Source: Alphaproteobacteria bacterium | GTDB taxonomy: Bacteria > Pseudomonadota > Alphaproteobacteria > UBA8366 | Assembly: GCA_050250795.1 (NCBI GenBank) | Contig: JBFWNZ010000001.1 | Span: 1 to 41,144, forward strand | Direction of reading: 5' to 3' | DNA: 41,144 nt | Part shown: positions 34,867 through 41,144 of the stretch, piece after piece | Layout of the letters: every line of letters starts with the position of its first letter | Numbering within the stretch: the stretch's first letter is position 1 | The notes under the pieces: model-generated | The model's database searches: none | Told to the model about the DNA's origin: nothing | Seen by the model: the letters and a program-made list of their open reading frames with translations, nothing else | Translations under genes and position numbers: made by a program

Positions 34867-36054
34867 GTGAACGCCTTCCTCATTCCGCTGTTCGCCCTGC
34901 TGGGCCTGCAGTCGATCCTGTCGCTGGCCACCTTCGCGCTGCCCGTTTTCGCGCCGGACGCCGTCGCCGATCTGGGCATCCGCATCGAGCAGATCGGCTA
35001 TGTCACCGGCATGATGTATGCCGGCACGATGGCCGCCGGGCTGATGAGCGGCACCATCATCGGCCGGCTGGGTGCCGTACGCGCGATGCAGACCATGTTG
35101 ATCATCGCCGCGACCGGCATTGCCGCCGTGACGATCGGCGGGGTGCCCGCCCTGTGCATCGGCGCGGTCCTGATCGGCTTCGCCTATGGCCCCAACACGC
35201 CGGCCAGTTCGGCCGTGCTCGCCCGCTACACCCCGCCCGGCTGGCGCAATTTCGCTTTTTCGATCAAGCAGGCGGGCATGCCGCTGGGCAGCGTGTTCGC
35301 CGGGCTGGTGGTGCCGATCCTGGTTGCGCCGTTCGGCTGGAAGGTCGCCGTCTTCGCCATCGTCGGCGCCTGTCTTGCGGCCGCGCTGGCGGCAGAGGCA
35401 ATGCGGGGCCGATGGGACGCCGGCAAGGCCGAAGGACCGCCGCCGCCGGTGGCCCTGCGCGAGGTGTTCGGCAATGTCCGCTTCACCCTGGTCGACCCCG
35501 CGCTACGCCGGCTGACATTCTCGGGAATGGTCTTCATCTCGATGCAGTTCGCGCTGTCGACCTTCTTCGTGTCCTACCTCTACAAGGGCATCGGCATTGC
35601 CTTCGAAACCGCGGGCATCGTGTATTCCATCGCACATGTGGCGGGCGTGCTGTGCCGTCCCTTCTTCGGAATCGTCGCCGACCGCTGGATCCGGCCGAAC
35701 CGGCTTCTCGGCGTGCTCGGCCTCGTGATGGCCGCTGCGGGCATGGCGATTACGCAGATCGAGCACACGACGCCGCTTCCGGTGATCGTCGGGCTGGGGC
35801 TTTTGCTCGGCGGCACGGCATCGGGCTGGAACGGCGTGATGATCGCGGAGGTCTCGCGCCTCGCCGGCAAGAATGTGGCCGGCATCGTCGGCGCCCATGT
35901 CTTCACGTCGTTCGCCGCCGTGGTCGTTTCGCCGATGCTGTTCAGTGCCCTGCTGTCCGCGACAGGCAGCTATCCGACGGCCTACGGCGCCGTGTCCGCC
36001 CTTGCCGCGATGGCCGGGGTCGTCCTGCTGCTGTCTGGGCGTCGGGCCGGCTAA
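34867..36054 (+). CDS. MFS transporter
   Basis: The start is a GTG at 34867, preceded by AGGAG at 34857-34861, and the translation begins (M)NAFLIPLFALLGLQSIL. About 12 hydrophobic segments are present. The longer ATG start at 34777 adds a non-hydrophobic Arg-rich leader. Confidence 0.8.
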   Translation: MNAFLIPLFALLGLQSILSLATFALPVFAPDAVADLGIRIEQIGYVTGMMYAGTMAAGLMSGTIIGRLGAVRAMQTMLIIAATGIAAVTIGGVPALCIGAVLIGFAYGPNTPASSAVLARYTPPGWRNFAFSIKQAGMPLGSVFAGLVVPILVAPFGWKVAVFAIVGACLAAALAAEAMRGRWDAGKAEGPPPPVALREVFGNVRFTLVDPALRRLTFSGMVFISMQFALSTFFVSYLYKGIGIAFETAGIVYSIAHVAGVLCRPFFGIVADRWIRPNRLLGVLGLVMAAAGMAITQIEHTTPLPVIVGLGLLLGGTASGWNGVMIAEVSRLAGKNVAGIVGAHVFTSFAAVVVSPMLFSALLSATGSYPTAYGAVSALAAMAGVVLLLSGRRAG

Positions 36055-36809
36055 TCCGCCGGTATCGCCCATTCCCGCTGCAGGTCGATGCAATAGGTGA
36101 AGCGGTTTTCGGGGTGAATGCTGATCGACGCCTCGAACAGGCGGTCGTTCGCATCCGCATAGCGGCGGATGATGGTCATGGCCGGCGTGCCCGGCGCGAC
36201 GCCAAGCGGGGCGGCCAATTCCTCGGACGTTCCGCTGGCGAACAATTCCACCGCAACCTTGCGCGCATGCACGCCGAACCGCCGCTCGACCAGGGTCGAG
36301 ACCGGAAGGGGCTGCTTGCTGAGCAACTCCACCACCCCGGCAAAGTCGGGCAGAAGGTAGATATCGCTCCAGCAGATCGGCGCACCGGACGCTGAGACCC
36401 GCCGCACGCCGCTGATCCGCACGCGCTGTTCGCCGGCACGCCAGCCAAGCTGCCGGGCCGTGCGGCGATCCAGTTTCACGAGTCCGCTGGTGGCAACGTG
36501 CAGCCGCGTCTCGGGCGGGTATTGCAGCAGTTCCGACACCGAATGCACCGACTGCACGAAGCCGCCATAGGCCTCGGTCGCCCGCACGATCGTGCCCGAA
36601 CCCTGGCGGCGCGAGACCAGACCCGCCTCCTCCAGCCGCCGCAGTGCCTCGCGGACGGTGAAGCGGCTGACCCCGAAGCGTTCGCAGAGAACAAGTTCCG
36701 TCGGCAGCATGTCGCCGATCTTGAACTGACCCTCCGCGATATCGGCGATGATCGCGTCCGCCACCTCCTGGTAGCGCGGCGTCACCCGTCCGACCTGCTG
36801 TTTTCCCAT
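36051..36809 (-). CDS. GntR-family transcriptional regulator (HutC/UTRA subfamily)
   Basis: The wHTH segment is LPTELVLCERFGVSRFTVREALRRLEEAGLVSRRQGSGT, followed by a UTRA-like C-terminal domain. An alternative start lies at 36863. Confidence 0.85.
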   Translation of the reverse strand: MGKQQVGRVTPRYQEVADAIIADIAEGQFKIGDMLPTELVLCERFGVSRFTVREALRRLEEAGLVSRRQGSGTIVRATEAYGGFVQSVHSVSELLQYPPETRLHVATSGLVKLDRRTARQLGWRAGEQRVRISGVRRVSASGAPICWSDIYLLPDFAGVVELLSKQPLPVSTLVERRFGVHARKVAVELFASGTSEELAAPLGVAPGTPAMTIIRRYADANDRLFEASISIHPENRFTYCIDLQREWAIPAD

Positions 36810-36970
36810 TCCGGCCACCCCGTCCTCGTTTTTGGCGGCGAGTTTAGGAGCATTGCCGGACATTTGAAAGGCAGGCGCACCCGAACCGCGTCACCGCGAC
36901 TTGCGGTGGAGGCGGAAGTCGGTGGAGTATCCCCAAACTCACCTCTTCGCATGCGCCGGGAGCCGCGTTC

Positions 36971-37897
36971 ATGAGCCTCTTTCCGCCCCCCAAGGACCTG
37001 CAAGCCGAGCTCTGGACCGAGGTGCCCGAGAAGTTCCACAAGCGGAACGTGCGGACCACATGGTCGGACCGCATGAAATTCGGCGTGACCCTGCCGGCTT
37101 TCCTCGAAGGACCTTCCTTCGACCGGGATGGCAATCTGTGGTTGGTCGACATTCCGCATGGACGCGTCTTCAAAGTCTCGCCGAACCGGGAATGGTCGCT
37201 GGTCGCGGAATACGACGGCGAGCCGAATGGCCTGAAGATCCGCAAGGACGGACAGGTCTTCATCGCCGACTTCAAGCACGGAATCATGCATCTCGACCCG
37301 GCCACCGGCACAGTCAGGCCGCATTGCGACCGCAACCGGCTGGAGCGCTTCAAGGGCTGCAACGATCTGTGCTTCGGGCGTAATGGCGACCTGTTCTTCA
37401 CCGATCAGGGCCTGACCGGATTGCAGGATCCGACAGGCCGCGTCTTCCGGCTCAGCCCGGACGGCCAGCTCGAATGCCTCATCGACACCGTGCCGAGCCC
37501 CAACGGCCTTGTGCCCGACCTGGACGAGGGAAACCTGTTCGTTGCCGTGACCCGCGCCAACCAGATATGGCGCCTGCCCCTGCCCGTCGGCGGCGGCACC
37601 TTCAAGGTCGGTGCGTTCGTCCAATTGTCGGGCGGTCTGGCCGGCCCGGACGGCCTTGCCCTGGACTCGAAGGGCAATCTGCTGGTCGCCCATGCCGGCA
37701 TGGGGTGCGTCTGGATGTTCAGCCCGCTGGGCGAGCCGCTTTACCGCATCCGCTCCACCGGCGGCCTCCACATCACCAACATTGCCTTCGGCGGTCCGGA
37801 GAACCGGCACCTCTACATCACGGAATCGAACGGATTTCAGGTTCTGCGCGTGGAGCTGCCCTATCCGGGCAAGCCCATGTACTCGCATATGGACTAG
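36971..37897 (+). CDS. SMP-30/gluconolactonase/LRE-like family protein
   Basis: 308-aa ORF with EGPSFDRDGNLWLVDIPHGRVFKV, NGL..., PDGLALDSKGNLLVAH and TNIAFGG repeats, typical of the 6-bladed propeller lactonases. Confidence 0.85.
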   Translation: MSLFPPPKDLQAELWTEVPEKFHKRNVRTTWSDRMKFGVTLPAFLEGPSFDRDGNLWLVDIPHGRVFKVSPNREWSLVAEYDGEPNGLKIRKDGQVFIADFKHGIMHLDPATGTVRPHCDRNRLERFKGCNDLCFGRNGDLFFTDQGLTGLQDPTGRVFRLSPDGQLECLIDTVPSPNGLVPDLDEGNLFVAVTRANQIWRLPLPVGGGTFKVGAFVQLSGGLAGPDGLALDSKGNLLVAHAGMGCVWMFSPLGEPLYRIRSTGGLHITNIAFGGPENRHLYITESNGFQVLRVELPYPGKPMYSHMD

Positions 37898-37913
37898 CGG
37901 CGGCGCGCTTCGG

Positions 37914-38519
37914 TCAGTGGCGGAACCGTTCGGTCGGCGAGCGCGGCTCGCCGGGAAGCGTGCAGGTGAGGAACCGCACCGGTACGCCGTCGGCACAGGC
38001 AAGCGGCACGGACAGGCCGTGCCAGTCGCGCAGATCGGGCGTGATCGGGGTTCCATAATTCGTATAGAGCGGCACACGCCGCCTTGCGATCGCCCGGTAG
38101 CTGGCGATGAAGAACGATCCCAGGAAACACGGGACATCGGACGCATAGCGCCCGGTCAGGTCGTAGCCGGACCGATCCACCAGATCGGTCCCATAGACCC
38201 GATAGCGGAAGTCGAGGCCGCCATCGACCGTCTCTGCAAGTGCAAGACTCCCGAGGGCAAAGCGCATGTCGAGCGGATCGATGTCGACATAAGCTGGGAT
38301 GTCGCGTCCCTGGCACAGCGACCGCCAATAACGCAGCAGCGAACGATGCTTCGTCATGGCCAGGGTCTCCGGCGCCGGATCCCATTCGAGCCGGGGCGGC
38401 GGCAGGCCGTTTGACCGGAACAGGTCCACGAGGAGGGATTGCCCATCCGCCTCGATCGCGTCGGACAGGGAGTCGATATCGGTCGGTTCCGCCAGATTCG
38501 CCAAACGCATCATCGCCAC
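37914..38519 (-). CDS. PAS-domain protein (PAS_5 / DUF1457-like)
   Basis: 201-aa ORF. LLRYWRSLCQGRDIPAYVDIDPLDMRFALGSLALAETVDGGLDFRYRVYGTDL matches the small alphaproteobacterial PAS_5 family pattern as I recall it. Confidence 0.6.
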   Translation of the reverse strand: MAMMRLANLAEPTDIDSLSDAIEADGQSLLVDLFRSNGLPPPRLEWDPAPETLAMTKHRSLLRYWRSLCQGRDIPAYVDIDPLDMRFALGSLALAETVDGGLDFRYRVYGTDLVDRSGYDLTGRYASDVPCFLGSFFIASYRAIARRRVPLYTNYGTPITPDLRDWHGLSVPLACADGVPVRFLTCTLPGEPRSPTERFRH

Positions 38520-38605
38520 CTCCTTTCACCCGCGGCGGCATCTTGACGGAGGATTCGTTAACGAACCGCAAATGCGGCTTCGCTTCTTCGGCTTGCCGGA
38601 AAAAA

Positions 38606-38701
38606 TGGCGGAAGAGAGTGGGAGTCGAACCCACCAGGGACGTCTGACGCCCCTCAGCGGTTTTGAAGACCGAGCGCCCCACCGGGGTGCGTTTCCCTTC
38701 C
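38606..38701 (-). tRNA. selC: tRNA-Sec (selenocysteine tRNA, anticodon UCA)
   Basis: The minus-strand sequence is GGAAGGGA-AA-...-CGGT-CTTCAAA-ACCG-...-GGGGCG-TCAGA-CGTCCC-...-GTGGG-TTCGACT-CCCAC-TCTCTTCC-G-CCA. It has an 8-bp acceptor stem, a UCA anticodon, a long variable arm and a length of 96 nt. It is collinear with E. coli selC as I recall it. Confidence 0.8.
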
Positions 38702-38738
38702 ACACGCCGCACATAGCATGCGGCAGCCGCCGATGGAA

Positions 38739-39581
38739 TCAGGCCGCTGCCGCCATCGGACGGCGTTCGGCCTCGATGACCACCCGCCACATCTTGCGCT
38801 CATGGGGATAGTAATCCGCGACCGGATAATGCAGGCAGTGGCAATTCTCCCAGATCGCAAGCGTGTTCGGCCGCCAGACAAGGCGCATCTGGAATTCGGG
38901 ACGCTGCGCATGCAGGTACAACTCGCGCAGCAGGGCGTCGCCCTCCGGCGTCTCCATGCCGACGATGCTGCGGCAATAGATCGGCACGTTGACGAACAGG
39001 TAACGCCGGCCGTTGTCGGGATTTACGCCGACCAGGGGATGGCGCACCGGCGGGGCGGCCAGCATCGCGGCGAACTGCTCGTCCGTATAGCGCCGCCGCG
39101 AGTTCTGGGTCTCCGTGACCTTATGGTGCGTCTCCAACCCCTCGATCCGGGCCTTCATCTCGTTCGAGAGGCCGTCATACGCCGCCTCCAGCGAGGCGAA
39201 CAGCGTATCGCCGCCGCAATCGGGCAAAACCTTCGCATGCAGGCTCAGCACCTGTGTCGGTTTCTCGCGGAAGGAATGGTCCATATGCCAGTAATTGATG
39301 CGCTGCGGCTCGCTCTGGCGAATATGGATGGCTCCGACCTCCGGCGGCCGTCCCTCGTCGGTCACCAAGTCCTCGCGGACCGGCGTCCCGAACAGATACA
39401 TGAATGCGGCATACTCGGCGGCGGAGATCGCCTGGTCCCGAAACACGATCACCTTGCGGTCGATCAGGGCGCGGCGAATCTCCTCCTTCTGCGCCGCGGA
39501 GGGCGCGGCGAGATCGACCCCGGATATCTCGGCGCCGACAGCCGGCGTGATCGGACGAACATGGATCGATTGGTACGTCAC
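38739..39581 (-). CDS. TauD/TfdA-family Fe(II)/2-oxoglutarate-dependent dioxygenase
   Basis: 280-aa ORF with ITPAVGAEISGVDLA at the N-terminus, an HxD iron motif (WHMDHSF) and a C-terminal ...HYPVADY... region. Confidence 0.85.
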   Translation of the reverse strand: MTYQSIHVRPITPAVGAEISGVDLAAPSAAQKEEIRRALIDRKVIVFRDQAISAAEYAAFMYLFGTPVREDLVTDEGRPPEVGAIHIRQSEPQRINYWHMDHSFREKPTQVLSLHAKVLPDCGGDTLFASLEAAYDGLSNEMKARIEGLETHHKVTETQNSRRRYTDEQFAAMLAAPPVRHPLVGVNPDNGRRYLFVNVPIYCRSIVGMETPEGDALLRELYLHAQRPEFQMRLVWRPNTLAIWENCHCLHYPVADYYPHERKMWRVVIEAERRPMAAAA

Positions 39582-39743
39582 GGCTTGTTCCTCCCGATGG
39601 CGTGCGCCCGTCTTATGCGGGCTGACGGAACAGCCTAGGCCCGAGGGCAGGCGGGGGGCAAGCGGCCTGCATGCGGGCCGCTAGCCACGGGCGCGGTTCC
39701 GCAATAGGCTCGCCGAACAAGAACGCGAGGCGGGAGGAACGGC

Positions 39744-40616
39744 ATGGATCGCTGGCAGGTGGGGGATGTTTCGGTAACGCGCGTGCTGGAAATGGTCGAG
39801 CGCTACGCCAAGCCGCAGACCATGTTTCCGGACGCGACCCCCGAGGCGCTGGAGCCGCACCTTTCCTGGCTGATGCCTGAGGCCCTGTGCCCCGAAACGG
39901 GCAAGATCGTTCTGGCGATCCAGGGCTATCTGGTGCGTACCGGACGGCACACCGTGCTGGTCGATGCCTGCATCGGCAACGACAAGACCATCGCCTGGTA
40001 CGAATCCTGGAACCGCCGGTCGAGCGACACCTTCCTGACCCAGCTCGCCGCCGCAGGCGTGCAGCCCGAGGAGGTGGACTTCGTGATGTGCACCCATCTG
40101 CACGCCGACCATTGCGGCTGGAACACGCGGCTGGTGAACGGGCGCTGGGTCCCCACCTTCCCCAATGCGCGCTACATCATGGCGCGGCGGGAATACGAAT
40201 TCACCGCCACCGGCGCCGGGCATCGGGGCGACGCGACATACCTGGAAAACGTTCTGCCCGTCGTGGAGGCCGGCCAGGCGGTGATGGTCGAGGACGACTA
40301 CTCTCTCGACGATGCCCTGTGGATCGAACCGACGCCGGGGCACACACCCGGCCACATCTCGATCCGCCTGCGCTCGCGCGACAGCCATGCGGTGGTCTCC
40401 GGCGATCTGATCCACAGCCCGGTGCAATGCGCCCATCCGGAGTGGAACTTCCGCTACGATGCCGACAAGCCCCTGGCGGCCCAGACCCGGCGCCATTTCC
40501 TGGAAACCTGCGCCGAGACGCAACGCCTGGTGCTCACCTCGCATTTCCCGCTGCCCTCGGCCGGCCATGTCGCGCGCCAGGGCGATGCCTTCCGTTTCGA
40601 TTATCTGAAGGACTGA
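39744..40616 (+). CDS. MBL-fold metallo-hydrolase (lactonase-like)
   Basis: 290-aa ORF with the HxHxDH motif ([10 protein letters not shown]) and GGGAGGAA SD upstream. Confidence 0.85.
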   Translation: MDRWQVGDVSVTRVLEMVERYAKPQTMFPDATPEALEPHLSWLMPEALCPETGKIVLAIQGYLVRTGRHTVLVDACIGNDKTIAWYESWNRRSSDTFLTQLAAAGVQPEEVDFVMCTHLHADHCGWNTRLVNGRWVPTFPNARYIMARREYEFTATGAGHRGDATYLENVLPVVEAGQAVMVEDDYSLDDALWIEPTPGHTPGHISIRLRSRDSHAVVSGDLIHSPVQCAHPEWNFRYDADKPLAAQTRRHFLETCAETQRLVLTSHFPLPSAGHVARQGDAFRFDYLKD

Positions 40617-40785
40617 CGCTCTTCGGGTTCCTGAACGTATCGGTTTATCGCAACAGCAATCGTCGCGTTCCAGCCGTCTCTGCTCGGCATCGTCGTTGCG
40701 CAATAGTCTTTTGGTTCCTCGGCGCTGCTCGACCATAGATTCACCGGCAGGGAAGGCTTCGAACGACAAGAGAGCATCGGAAGCC

Positions 40786-41144
40786 ATGGCGCTTGCGGAC
40801 ATTGATATCGCCCGGGCGGCCGAACTGGCCCCGGTCGCCGAGATCGCGGAACTTCTCGGCATTCCGCCGAAGGCGCTCATCCAGTATGGGCCCTACAAGG
40901 CCAAGTTGACGCGTTCCTATCTCGGCGACCTCGCGGCGCGTCCGGACGGCCGGCTCATCCTGGTGACGGCGATGACGCCGACCCCTGCCGGCGAGGGCAA
41001 GACGACCACGACGGTCGGCCTGGGAGACGCCCTCACCCGGCTCGGCAAGCGAACCGCCATCTGCCTGCGCGAACCCAGCCTGGGCCCCTGCTTCGGGATG
41101 AAGGGCGGCGCGGCGGGCGGCGGCTATGCCCAGGTCGTGCCGAT
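40786..41144 (+). CDS. fhs: Formate--tetrahydrofolate ligase, 5' part only (runs off the right edge)
   Basis: My own translation gives [41 protein letters not shown]...[24 protein letters not shown]...[24 protein letters not shown], which contains canonical FTHFS motifs. It is not in the ORF track because it is open-ended. Confidence 0.9.
   Translation, partial: MALADIDIARAAELAPVAEIAELLGIPPKALIQYGPYKAKLTRSYLGDLAARPDGRLILVTAMTPTPAGEGKTTTTVGLGDALTRLGKRTAICLREPSLGPCFGMKGGAAGGGYAQVVP

Noticed and set aside
37900-38740. Genomic island integrated at selC
   Set aside because: There is no integrase, no direct repeat of the tRNA 3' end and no compositional shift next to selC. The low-GC A-B-C island lies about 14 kb away and is not adjacent to either tRNA.
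40617-40785. ZTP (pfl-motif) riboswitch upstream of fhs
   Set aside because: I looked for the conserved GGGTCGTGA...CTGGCG and CCGCCTGGGCA-type elements as I recall them and found neither. The leader is kept only as a low-interest unexplained region.

Overview
This is a high-GC (about 65-70%) bacterial chromosomal window. By inference the gene order looks alphaproteobacterial (Rhodospirillales/Acetobacteraceae-like): rng-maf-infA-LMW-PTP-UPF0262-hisD-hisG on the minus strand, and DUF2948-murA. Most of the window is housekeeping and catabolic genes. These include histidine biosynthesis, murA, dcd, cydAB (short CIO-type) with a DUF2474-like peptide, and two tandem LLM flavin oxidoreductases. 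They also include an FAH hydrolase, 3-hydroxybutyrate dehydrogenase, a haloacetate-dehalogenase-like hydrolase, and a large organic-acid/acyl-CoA cluster (two MmgE/PrpD paralogs, CitE-like lyase, HpaB/AbfD-like enzyme, cyclase-family hydrolase, family III CoA-transferase, enoyl-CoA hydratase, MFS transporter, GntR regulator). Further genes are SMP-30, TauD and MBL enzymes and the 5' end of fhs. Two tRNAs are present: tRNA-Thr(GGU) and a tRNA-Sec (selC, anticodon UCA). The stand-out region is a visibly lower-GC block of about 4.3 kb at about 20450-24770, wedged between core metabolic genes. It holds two tandem, diverged copies (about 2.4 kb period) of a translationally coupled cassette: a 4-TM protein A, a 4-TM protein B, and a soluble protein C. 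A and B are separate genes in copy 1 and fused in copy 2. C has a conserved N-terminal DAYRH...MDYHNN domain, and copy 1 also has a C-terminal peptidoglycan-binding-like motif. I recognise no characterised system matching this cassette, and I propose it as the candidate novel system (effector plus membrane immunity/export, or a membrane-acting defence module). Many long ORFs in the six-frame track are antisense shadows typical of high-GC DNA and are rejected. All family assignments come from reading the translations by eye. No database search was possible.
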